Shown here in pieces: positions 13,365 through 22,857 of a stretch of 64,000 nt of DNA; position 1 is the first letter of the stretch, and each line of letters starts with the position of its first letter. The notes under the pieces are model-generated. The model was not told where the DNA came from. It saw only the letters and a list, made by a program, of their open reading frames with translations, and searched no databases. The DNA comes from Macrostomum hystrix. Lineage: Eukaryota; Animalia; Platyhelminthes. The DNA lies in contig CATNEN010000038.1 of assembly GCA_950097015.1 (NCBI GenBank), positions 8,618,001 through 8,682,000 of the forward strand, written 5' to 3'. The position numbers and the translations under genes were made by a program.

Positions 13365-13694
13365 AGCTGGAGTTTCATTGTTATCGGAGAGTTCCTTTTA
13401 CGCTGTTTAACAAAATTTTTCACAGACGTATCTATTACGCGCATGCTTACTTTCTAGTAATCAGACAGTGTCAGAAAACCTGTCTTCCAACATTAATTAT
13501 CTGTTATTCACTACACGTAGATGTACTATGTATGCGTAAATTTGTACGATTTTATAGTTCTCAAAATAAAGAAAAGCAAATCAGATGTTTGACAATTTTT
13601 ACTCTTCAAAAGTCGTGCCCAATACTCGCACAGACTGTCCTTTCGATGTTGATGCGCTAATATAATAAGTATAGTCTACTGAAGAGCCGAACTC

Positions 13695-14000
13695 TTGGAG
13701 CAGATTGGCAGAGCTGTATTAACACATTTGCCTCTCGCACCAAGGTCCCTCAGCTCGTATCGTTTACGCACTTGAGGGGCATAAACCCTCTATGCCACAG
13801 TGAGAGTGTACACTGCCTGACGATGCGAAAATCAAGGCAGATGTACTACACTGTGTGAGTATGAATGTGTAACTACCTACAGCCTTGTGTGCTCAGGAGT
13901 CAGCAGGATGAGCAGAATTGCCTCCTCGTTGCGGGTCTACGGTCGCCATGCAAATGATGTGCCATCGGCCCAGAGCCCACCAGCAAGCATTAATTATTAA
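13695..14000 (+). mobile_element. tRNA-derived SINE family A copy (internally deleted)
   Basis: TGGCAGAG, TTGCCTCTCGCACC, GTGTACACTGCCTGAC and CTCAGGAGTCAGC...TGCCTCCTCG blocks match 23757-24130. Confidence 0.75.
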
Positions 14001-14569
14001 ATTAGCATTCAGGGAAATAAGGAAAATTTCAGAGAAATTTTCTTGTCCATACTGAAGTATTCTAGACTTAAACAGCAGGGGGAAATTATAAGAGACTCCT
14101 ACTGTAAATGACAGGTGTATGTGCATATGATGGTAAATGCACATACATGGCTACAACATGACAGTTGCAGTGGTACTTTTTTATTCGAAGCGTATAAAAA
14201 ACTTTGTGAGCAGAAGTACAAGTCAAACTGTACGGTAACACACCAACCCACTGTAATGTTCTCTTTGTCGGCGTAAGTACATTTGTACTTACAATTTGCC
14301 CTCTATCCTGAGTACGATATTGTGTTTTGCTTAAATGTCTAGGAAAGGTTTTTGGATGAATCCAAAAACCAACGCTTCAAAAGCAGTGGAGTTGCTTGTC
14401 GGCCGTCAGCAAAGAAGTCTTCTCTCTTGGCAGAATGAAAAGCAAGACTAATAAAAATCTAGAGAAAAGTTGAATAAAGCAAAAATATTTAAAAGGCTAG
14501 TTGCATCATCAGTCAGTAAATCTGCCAAATTTCCTTAAAACATTTTAATTTTGAAGTAAACAAAAATAA

Positions 14570-16294
14570 ATGCAGTACGAAGAGCTGTTAACACACATTT
14601 CCAAGTCCGGTACCTGCTATCGATGGACTGTCACGAACCTGATAACGGTACTTTCGATGAAGGCAGCCTTTGACATGTTCATCCTGAACCTCGTCACTGC
14701 CAGTGTGCCGTTCCACTGCTCGGAGGTCTCTGTGAACAATGAGACTCTGTCATGGACTCAGGTAGCTGCCAACGTCAGCATTGCAGACAACTTCAACATC
14801 ACCAGCTTCACCTGCACTCGACCCAGACTCGTGTGGGACTCCGACGGTGCGCTGCGACTTGCCTCGACTGAGACTAACTCTTCTGCACTCAACCAAAGCC
14901 TGTCTGGTGAAACCTGTCGCTCGTGGACGTTCATGCCGGATCCGCCAACACGCTGGACGATGTTCATGGAGTACTCGATGGTGTGCGACCGTCAATACCT
15001 GATGAATCGAATTCAGACGCTGCTGCAGCTGGGAATCTGTCTGTCTCTCATCTTCGGCCCCCTGGGCGACGTCATTGGTCGCAAGCCCATGTTGGTCGGC
15101 TTCGCCTACCTTGACATTGCGTGCAACATTGCCGTCATCTTCGTGCAGGACCTCACAGCACAGATGGTGCTTCGATTCTTGATGGGATTCGGCGCACCGG
15201 CAGTGCTGATCGGGATAATACTAATCACAGAACTAGTATCGGAGGACTACCGAGGGATCCATGGCAACCTGGTTTGGGTTCTGTTCAGCGTTGGTTACAG
15301 CGGATCTGCAGGAATCAGCTACTTCATTCACAACTGGAGAGTGCAGACGGCGGTCTCCTGTCTGATAACAGGCATTTGCTACGCAACTTACATTCCTTTG
15401 ATTCCGGAGTCTCCGCGTTGGCTGCTCACCCGCGGAAACACGAAAAGAGCCAGGCGGACATTGAAACAAATCGCTAAACTCTCTGGCTGCAAAGACGTGC
15501 TGAATAACTTCGATTTTGAACACAATGAGGTCGTGCAACAGCGTCAAGATTCGGATGAGGCAACGAAGAAGTGTTGCATTTTTACTCGTAACATATTGCC
15601 CCAGGAGAACCTGTGTCGCTTCTCCTACTTTGTCACTCTCGGCGTTGTTTCGTTTAACTTTTTTACAGTTTCGCTTACGTATTTTGCTCTAGCGTTTAAA
15701 CGTGACTTCATAGCAAGCAACATCTATTTGAACGTGTTCATATCTGGACTGATTGAGCTGCCGGCCTACATGCTTGCCCTGCTGCTGTCAATCAGGGCTG
15801 GTCGCAAGTACACCAGTCTGGCCAGCATGACCTTCTGTGGCATTGGACTGATAATTCTACCGTTCATCCCTAATAATCCTGGCATTGTGATTCAGGTCAG
15901 CAGTGTCCTGGCAATGGCTATTAAATTCTGCGTCACTGTTGCGTTTAGCATACTGACTGTCTTTGGCTCGGAAGTCCTGCCAACCAAGGTTCGAAGCTGC
16001 TCCTTCTTTGTCGCTTCGATGCTGATGCGCAGTGCACAGCTGCTTGCGCCTGAGCTCGGTGGAGCCCTTGCTAGCTTCCATGACAACCTTCCGCCGCTGC
16101 TTTACGGTGTGCTTTCCATAGTGGCCAGTCTGTTTATTTTGCTGCTTCCGGAGACCAAGGACAAAGGGATGCCGAACACAGTGGCCGAGATGGAACCAGT
16201 AGGCTGCCCGTGTTTTCAAACAACTTCAGTAGCTGCCAACGGAGGTCCCACCATTCAGATTGATGCCGAGGAGTTAAGGCCGCTTAACGGATAA
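14570..16294 (+). CDS. SLC22-family transporter, paralog 4 (intronless, 574 aa)
   Basis: Same motifs; complete ORF; AATAAA at 16471-16476. Confidence 0.93.
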   Translation: MQYEELLTHISKSGTCYRWTVTNLITVLSMKAAFDMFILNLVTASVPFHCSEVSVNNETLSWTQVAANVSIADNFNITSFTCTRPRLVWDSDGALRLASTETNSSALNQSLSGETCRSWTFMPDPPTRWTMFMEYSMVCDRQYLMNRIQTLLQLGICLSLIFGPLGDVIGRKPMLVGFAYLDIACNIAVIFVQDLTAQMVLRFLMGFGAPAVLIGIILITELVSEDYRGIHGNLVWVLFSVGYSGSAGISYFIHNWRVQTAVSCLITGICYATYIPLIPESPRWLLTRGNTKRARRTLKQIAKLSGCKDVLNNFDFEHNEVVQQRQDSDEATKKCCIFTRNILPQENLCRFSYFVTLGVVSFNFFTVSLTYFALAFKRDFIASNIYLNVFISGLIELPAYMLALLLSIRAGRKYTSLASMTFCGIGLIILPFIPNNPGIVIQVSSVLAMAIKFCVTVAFSILTVFGSEVLPTKVRSCSFFVASMLMRSAQLLAPELGGALASFHDNLPPLLYGVLSIVASLFILLLPETKDKGMPNTVAEMEPVGCPCFQTTSVAANGGPTIQIDAEELRPLNG

Positions 16295-16666
16295 GAACCA
16301 ATGCTGGTACTGAATTCAATTTGTACTAAATTTATCACATTTTTTAGCTCTTTGGAATGGAAACTAATTATTTACTTATGGTGTCCTATTGATTTTTGAT
16401 AAGAGTAATATGCATGCTTATTGTTCCCCTTAACACAAAATAATTGGAAGCCCACTACGGCTAAAAATATAATAAATTATTGTAAGTAACTTGTCGGATT
16501 CAACAGCATATGCACTTTATATTTGCAACATGACCAAAATGAGTAACTTGACTTACTTTGACTTAGCGGCAGGGGGCCTCCATGACGGACGCAGCGAGGA
16601 GGCGGCTGTTGCCGCCCATATCGCTAACCCCTGGCAGCCAGACGGCCTCCAGCGAGGCGGTGCCGC

Positions 16667-19600
16667 TCAGGGTGGTCCGTCGGTCGGTTCCGCCGCGCGA
16701 TCTTCCTCGCCATAGGCTGGGAAGAAATCAGCTCGGCCGGTATCCCGGAGGAAGTGGGCGAGCTGAGGGATGTTCTCGGGCGAGCAGGCTTCGGCAAGAG
16801 TCGGTGCCGGCCCGAGGTGTTTTAGCCTAGCCCGGGTGAAGGCCGGGCAGTGGCAAATGAAATGCTCGGCGTTTTCACGGCCGGAGCAGCAGAAAGGACA
16901 CGTTTCCTCAGGCACGTGGCCTTGGAGGTAGCGGTGTCTGGTGAAGCAGCCATGTCCCGAAAGGGCCATGGTGACTGCTCTCAGGTCTCTGCGGTTTAGC
17001 CTGAGTAAGGCCTTACGCAGGTTACTAGAGGGGGTTGGCACCGCAGCCCTGGACTGGCGACAGTTCAGGGTGCTGGACCACCTCCTCCGGTGCTGGGTCT
17101 CCATCCAGTGGTTGATGCTGGAGTTGACAACGGAGGCGGGGATCGGGGATTCCGGGCCCGGGCCCATCAGGGAGCCGGCTGCTCCAGCCTTTGCAAGCTC
17201 GTCCGCCATCTCATTCCCTGTGAGCCCGGCGTGCCCAGGGATCCACATCAGCTCCACCTTGTTAGACTGCGCCAAACCGTTTAACTGGGTGTTGCAGTCC
17301 AAGGTGGTTCTGGAGCGAGAGGTGCAGCGACTGAGGGCCTTGAGGGCTGCTTGACTGTCGGAGTGAAAAAAGATCCTCCGACCAGCCAGCTGCCTCTGGC
17401 GCAGCTCAGCCGCACAGAAACTGATGGCGAGCATTTCGTTTTGGAAAACGCTTGAGCTCTTGCCACAGTGTTGGGAGTGGGTCCAGAGGACCTCGCCACC
17501 CGAGGCGACGCACACCCCGAATCCCGATTTACCGTTCATCAGGGAGCCGTCAGTGTAACAGTGGACTGCGGGGTCATCCCAGCAGTCCTTTACCTCATTA
17601 CGAGGGAAGATGCTGACTTTGTACCTGTGGCTCCGGAGTAAAGTGGCCGGGGCCCCGTCCGAAAGGATGGTGAGCCCTCCGCACTCGCCCAGAGTTTTCA
17701 GGCAGAGGTCAGAGTGGGGCAGAAGGGAGCGCTTCGAGAAGGCTCGCGAATTCTGGAAGGATACACCCGCATCAAGGAGACGACGGGTGGACTTTGCCGC
17801 TTCCCCCTTAACAAAAATGTCAATGGGTGTAGCGTTGAGGAAAGCGTTCATGCCTTCAAAGGGAGTGGAGGGTGGGGCGCCCAGCGTCATGCGACAGGCT
17901 CTGCCCTGCACCCTATAAAGCGCCTCCAGGTTTTTCTGGATGCTCATGGCACTGGCCCAGATGAGGCCAGCGTAAGCGACTGACGGTCTAATGATCGCCG
18001 TGTAAATCCACCAAAGGTTTTTGGGGGTTAGCCCCCAAGTGGTGCCCACGGCTCGCCTGACTTGCGCCAGAATGGCCAGGGCCCTCTTGGCCTTTGTGGT
18101 AATGTGCGGGGTCCAGTTAAGCCTATGGTCTAGCAGGATACCAAGGCACCGGACCTGCTTTTCCATGGCAATATTCTTGCCATAGAGAGTCAGAGGCTCA
18201 ATGGTCCAGCGCAGCCTGCTGGTAAACATAACCGCAACGGTCTTGGACTCAGAGAGTCGGAGCCCGCATTGGTCCGCCCAGCGCACCGCCCTGTTGATAA
18301 AGCCCTGAATGAGGTCCCTGGTGGTTTCCGCCGAGGGGCCCGCGCAGATGGCGGTCACATCGTCGGCATATCCCACCTTCAGGACTGGGTCAGGCCGAGT
18401 GCTTTTTAGCAGCTCATCCATGACGAGATTCCACAGCAGTGGGGTGAGGACGCCACCTTGGGGCCCTCCTTTTAGGACAGGTGCCGAGAGCACCCTGCCT
18501 TCGAGGTGGGCCACCACGTGGCGATTCCGGATCATGTACATGACCCAACGGACGAGGTGGGGGTGAGTGGCCCTGGAAACCAGGGCCTTCTCAAAGGCTT
18601 CGAAAATAACGTTATCGAAGGCCCCCTCAATATCAAGGAAAACAGCCAGGGCAAAACCGCTGCCCAGCACTGCCTTCTCGAGAGTCTCCACAATGCAGTG
18701 GAGGGCGCTCTCCGTGGACCGGCCCGCCCGAAAGGCGTGCTGGTTTGGTGAGAGCGGGGCCCGCCCTAGCTCTACAGTAAGAAGGCGCCAGAGCACCAGT
18801 CTTTCCATGAGCTTGAGGCAGGTGGAAGTCAAGCTTATCGGGCGATAAGACTTGACCGAGCGATAGTCGCCTTTGGCGGGCTTCGGGATGAAGACGACCC
18901 GGGCTTCATGCCACCGCGCTGGTACGTAGCCCAGCACGATGCAGGCCCGTAGAAGTCTGCAGAGGAGATGGAGGAAGCGGCCATTTTTAACCGCTTCATG
19001 CAGAAAGGCCGGATATATACCATCTGGCCCAGGTGCTTTAAAAGGATTGAATGACTTAGCCGCGCGAACGATGCGGTCATTCGTAACGAGTGACTGAGCC
19101 AGGCCCTGACCTCCACGCGAGTGGTCGTCTGGGCCGAAGTGCGCCGGTACACTCGGGAAGAAATGCCCTAGCATAAGCTCGAGCGTTTCCTCCGGGCGCT
19201 CAGTGATCGAGCCGTCCGGCTTTTTAATCGATGAGAGCTTGGAGAAGCGGTCGTTGGTGAGCGCCTTTACCACGCGGGCCGTGGGCCGCGAGCCCTCAAG
19301 CCCTTCGCAGTATTGTCGCCACTTGTCCGCTTTTGCCCTTCTGACCCGGCCCTTAAACTCATGGATGGCGCGAGTATAGGCCTCTTTGTCATCAGGGTCG
19401 TGCGAGGTTTTCAGCTTCCTCTGGAGAGCCTTAGCTCGGCGTCTTAGGACTCCGAGCTCGGGGTTCCACCAGGGGGCCGATTTTTTGCCTTTGTAGGCTT
19501 TGAGCGGGCAAGCCATTTCGTAGGCCTCTGTGATGGCGCCGCCCAGCAGGGCAGCCACTCCATCCAGGTCCTGCGTGGTTTCCATGGCCATGGAGGGGTC

Positions 19601-20371
19601 AGAATCCCGAAGGCCCTCATGCAGCTTTTGGCTGAACGCGGGCCAGTCGGTATTTCTGACATTACGCCTCCAAATAGGCTTTTGCTTCTTATCGGGGGTG
19701 CCGATGTTGAAACGGATGAAACGGTGGTCCGAGAGCGAGCTTTCGGTCTCCCACACCTCCCACCCCAGCACCCTTGGGAGGATGCCGGGTGAGGCCAGGG
19801 TGACGTCAAGCACCTCAGCCCACCGCCCATTGTCGAAAGTGGGCGTGTTGCCCACATTGCAGAAGTTTAGAGGCGTGCCGCTGACGAAGGCCAGGAGCTC
19901 TTCGCCGCGGTCATTGATTTTTGAGCTACCCCAGTGGGTGTGATGCGAGTTTACATCTCCCGCGAGGAGCAGCTCGAAGTTTCGTGCCCTGGCGAATTCA
20001 CAGAGGGCGACGAGGGTATCGCTAACCACGGGGGCGTCGCCTGCCAGGTAGGCGGATGCCACGAGGGTCAACTTGTTAGGCACAATGTGTGCAGATTGGA
20101 TGACGCAGATGTCCCCGTTAGAGAGATCGGGTCTCATCCACGCATTTAAGGCTTTTGCGGCATAGATCAGTGATCTAGGGCGGACAGAGTCTGCCATGCA
20201 GAAGCAGTCATAGCCAGCAGGAATGTTGCTTGGCTTGTTCTTTGATAGCCAGGGCTCCTGCACAAGTACAAGGCCCGGCATCATGCGCTCTGTCGTGCGC
20301 ATCAGATTGACTGATGCTGCCACGCAGTGCTGGGTGTTAACTTGCAGACATAATATTCCGGGGATCATCAT
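16667..20371 (-). CDS. LINE ORF2: AP endonuclease - reverse transcriptase - RNase H - C-terminal Cys/His knuckle (1234 aa)
   Basis: APE: LQVN, VQEPW, GDVNSHH..WGS, SDH. RT: [31 protein letters not shown]. RNase H: YTDGS, DSQAAL, WIPGH..GNE.AD. Knuckle: CPFC..E..EHFICHC. Confidence 0.97.
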   Translation of the reverse strand: MMIPGILCLQVNTQHCVAASVNLMRTTERMMPGLVLVQEPWLSKNKPSNIPAGYDCFCMADSVRPRSLIYAAKALNAWMRPDLSNGDICVIQSAHIVPNKLTLVASAYLAGDAPVVSDTLVALCEFARARNFELLLAGDVNSHHTHWGSSKINDRGEELLAFVSGTPLNFCNVGNTPTFDNGRWAEVLDVTLASPGILPRVLGWEVWETESSLSDHRFIRFNIGTPDKKQKPIWRRNVRNTDWPAFSQKLHEGLRDSDPSMAMETTQDLDGVAALLGGAITEAYEMACPLKAYKGKKSAPWWNPELGVLRRRAKALQRKLKTSHDPDDKEAYTRAIHEFKGRVRRAKADKWRQYCEGLEGSRPTARVVKALTNDRFSKLSSIKKPDGSITERPEETLELMLGHFFPSVPAHFGPDDHSRGGQGLAQSLVTNDRIVRAAKSFNPFKAPGPDGIYPAFLHEAVKNGRFLHLLCRLLRACIVLGYVPARWHEARVVFIPKPAKGDYRSVKSYRPISLTSTCLKLMERLVLWRLLTVELGRAPLSPNQHAFRAGRSTESALHCIVETLEKAVLGSGFALAVFLDIEGAFDNVIFEAFEKALVSRATHPHLVRWVMYMIRNRHVVAHLEGRVLSAPVLKGGPQGGVLTPLLWNLVMDELLKSTRPDPVLKVGYADDVTAICAGPSAETTRDLIQGFINRAVRWADQCGLRLSESKTVAVMFTSRLRWTIEPLTLYGKNIAMEKQVRCLGILLDHRLNWTPHITTKAKRALAILAQVRRAVGTTWGLTPKNLWWIYTAIIRPSVAYAGLIWASAMSIQKNLEALYRVQGRACRMTLGAPPSTPFEGMNAFLNATPIDIFVKGEAAKSTRRLLDAGVSFQNSRAFSKRSLLPHSDLCLKTLGECGGLTILSDGAPATLLRSHRYKVSIFPRNEVKDCWDDPAVHCYTDGSLMNGKSGFGVCVASGGEVLWTHSQHCGKSSSVFQNEMLAISFCAAELRQRQLAGRRIFFHSDSQAALKALSRCTSRSRTTLDCNTQLNGLAQSNKVELMWIPGHAGLTGNEMADELAKAGAAGSLMGPGPESPIPASVVNSSINHWMETQHRRRWSSTLNCRQSRAAVPTPSSNLRKALLRLNRRDLRAVTMALSGHGCFTRHRYLQGHVPEETCPFCCSGRENAEHFICHCPAFTRARLKHLGPAPTLAEACSPENIPQLAHFLRDTGRADFFPAYGEEDRAAEPTDGPP

Positions 20372-20383
20372 GCAGGCAGAGGT

Positions 20384-21931
20384 CTACTTGGAGGGGGACC
20401 CAGCCAGAAGGCGGTCCTCCTCCTCCGGGTCGATGTCGGTAGCCATGGGCTCCTCCGTGCCCAGGCCCCGAGCCGGAGACGGGAACTCGACGGCGTCAGC
20501 CGCCCAGTCCCCGCCCCCGGCCCCGAGCCCAGGCCCAGAGTCGCCCTCAACTGGAGCCGACACCGCTCCCTGGGCCGTGGGAGGGGCGCTCGAAGGGCCC
20601 TGCTCGATGGAGCTGGGCACCTCTGAGGCCTCCCCCGTAGCCCTTGGTTGCGGCGCCTGCCCCGGTGGGCCACCGCGCATCTCAGCGCGCAGCTGGGCCA
20701 TCTTGGCGGTTCGCACCACCTCGGAGGCCCGCTGGAGAAGGCCCCGGCGCTTTGTGACACGCGCGGGGCGACGCTCAGAGCTGCCAGCGATGGCACGCTC
20801 TGGCCTTTTTTGGCGGGACGACTGGGCCCTGCCCCCAGTCCCAGCCTTGGGGTCCGAGGACCCTTCATTGGCCGGTACGGTGGTGGGCCCGGTCTGACCT
20901 CGGGTTTTATCCGCCTCGAAGGCGAAGATTTTGGTCTTCCACAGACCAATGCAAATGTTGGCGCCATCTGGGTAGCGGCGTGTCCATTGCTCGGACAGGC
21001 CCAGAATGGCGGTGAAACCGGTGCCGTCGGGGCGCAGGATCGTGCGGTGCACGATCAGGCCCGCTGTCGGCAGCTCCCGGTTCATCGCGATGAGGCCCCT
21101 GCGGAGGTCCTCAGCGCTGGTGACGACACTTTTCGCCGGGACGAAGATACGGTGTTGCTTGGTCTTTGGTGGCTCGTTCTCCCGTAGGAACTCGAGGCCA
21201 GCCGCCCAGCTCTGCGTGGGCAGCAACTCGAGGAGCCGCCGCCCCGATTCCGCATCGCCGGGCCAGACGACGAAGCACGATTCCCTGGTAGCGCTTGCGC
21301 CGACCGCCAGGGGCTCGCCCTTCAGTTGAAGTTGCCACAACATAGCATCTATGTTGCGGCAAATGTCGCTGAGCTGTTCGCTGCTCAGCCTTTTCCCGTC
21401 TCTGCCGGTGATGATGACGGCAGGTTGCCTACGTGCGATGGCGGCGTAGGTAGCTTGTGGTCCCGGGCCCTGTCCGGTGGCGTCCCCACCCTCGGGATCT
21501 GCGTCGGCGGTGGGCACAGGGCCCTCCGCCTCCGCTTCTCCTTCGGGCCGGGCAGCCGTCCGGATGGGCGCCGGGCCCTCCTTGGCCCGCGACCCTGGCC
21601 TCGGGGCGTCGTGGGCTCCGCCCCGTGCAGGAGCCTGGGCAGGAGGCACAAGGCCCCCCGCCCCAGCCCCCGCCCTAGGCAGAGCCCCTTCGGCCCCTCT
21701 GGCCTGGGCCTGGTCCTTGGTCAATGGAGCCGACGTGCCGTGGGCCAGCATGCGCCTACGGCGTTTTGCCGCTCCAGAGGTGGTGGAGCGCTTAGCGCCC
21801 CGGTCATCGCGCGAGTTGGGCAGCGCGGCATTTGTGGCGGTCGCGGGGCCAGCTAGCCCGGGCGCCGCAGCGTGTATGGCCTCAGGCACCATGGTGTCCT
21901 CGGCCGGAGCAGTTGAAGGGCTAGAAGCCAT
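20384..21931 (-). CDS. LINE ORF1 (gag-like; resembles DUF4780-type ORF1 of LOA-clade elements)
   Basis: Long ORF ending 12 nt before the ORF2 ATG. TYAAIA..PAVII..GKRLSSEQL segment with basic/disordered flanks. First ATG at 21931 (the track starts at TTG 21943). Confidence 0.85.
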   Translation of the reverse strand: MASSPSTAPAEDTMVPEAIHAAAPGLAGPATATNAALPNSRDDRGAKRSTTSGAAKRRRRMLAHGTSAPLTKDQAQARGAEGALPRAGAGAGGLVPPAQAPARGGAHDAPRPGSRAKEGPAPIRTAARPEGEAEAEGPVPTADADPEGGDATGQGPGPQATYAAIARRQPAVIITGRDGKRLSSEQLSDICRNIDAMLWQLQLKGEPLAVGASATRESCFVVWPGDAESGRRLLELLPTQSWAAGLEFLRENEPPKTKQHRIFVPAKSVVTSAEDLRRGLIAMNRELPTAGLIVHRTILRPDGTGFTAILGLSEQWTRRYPDGANICIGLWKTKIFAFEADKTRGQTGPTTVPANEGSSDPKAGTGGRAQSSRQKRPERAIAGSSERRPARVTKRRGLLQRASEVVRTAKMAQLRAEMRGGPPGQAPQPRATGEASEVPSSIEQGPSSAPPTAQGAVSAPVEGDSGPGLGAGGGDWAADAVEFPSPARGLGTEEPMATDIDPEEEDRLLAGSPSK

Positions 21932-22371
21932 TGAAAGCTGCAATGAAGAGAGGGGCTTCCTGTAGACACAGGCAGGAATAACCCGCTCAGCCGCGATCCC
22001 AAAACTGAGCGGGGGCAGCCAAAAAAGACAAGTTACAACCCGGGGTGGGATGCCAGGACCACCGGGAGGAACCGTAAGAGACCAGACTACTCCCTGGCCA
22101 AGCGTCCATCAGCACGGTCAACACTGGGACATTGGAGGGTGCCATTGAGCCGGCGCCGAGGCCTGCGGGCTGGCCGCAAACCCTGTTAAGGTCAAAGGGT
22201 GACACCTGTCCCTCAGGGCCGTAGCCAGAGGTACCTGATCACGCACAGGTGCACGAAAATTGCGGACAAGCCACATACCCTGTTAAGGTCAAAGGGTGAC
22301 ACCTTTCCCTCCAGCCGGGGCTAGAGGTACCCAGTTTGGCCGGAGGCCCTGGATGGGTCATCCAGCGCTGT

Positions 22372-22600
22372 TGCCCATTCTGTCCGGCTGCCCTAGGGTC
22401 AGCCTTGAACACTCGCGGGACGTGTACCCATGGGTCAGCTGACGGGACAGCGTTGGAGGGATTCCTGCACCCGAAGGTACAGGTCTCCTTCCTGCCAGGC
22501 CTGCTCAAAAAACGGCTGCAGGTGTGAGGCATCGCAGACCAAAGCCCGTGGGCCTGGACTGACTCATACCTCACAGGCACTGTGTCCCGCCGGTGCGAGC
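22372..22600 (-). ncRNA. HDV-like self-cleaving ribozyme at the LINE 5' end
   Basis: P1 GCUCGC/GCGAGU, P2 CCCAU/AUGGG, P3 GGG/CCC, L3 UACACGU, P1.1 AC/GU, P4 GGCUG..CAGCC, J4/2 C-A-G-A. G1 abuts the TSD. Confidence 0.85.
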
Positions 22601-22857
22601 AAAATGAGTAAGGAACATTTCATTTCAAGTTTCATTTCTCAACACGGAGTTTACTGATCGTAAATCAGAGAAACTGCCGACTTGAATTCTTCTTGAACAA
22701 AAAATAGAAAGTTCAGTTGTAAAACTGGCCACCACATATGCGACTCCACCTGTACTACTGTCGCTGATGTAGTGACACTTGCTGCGCAAATTCTTGGAAC
22801 CTTGGTCCCGTATGCAGTCAGCGCTGTACTTCATTTTTGCTTTTACGCCCATAACAA

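Larger units (their letters stand above)
16547..22600 (-). mobile_element. Full-length non-LTR retrotransposon (LINE), LOA/Lian-like clade of the I/R1 group
   Basis: Two intact ORFs. TSD AAAATGAGTAA at 16536-16546 and 22601-22611. Short repeat tail TAAGTCAAAGTAAGTCAAG on the minus strand. Confidence 0.95.
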
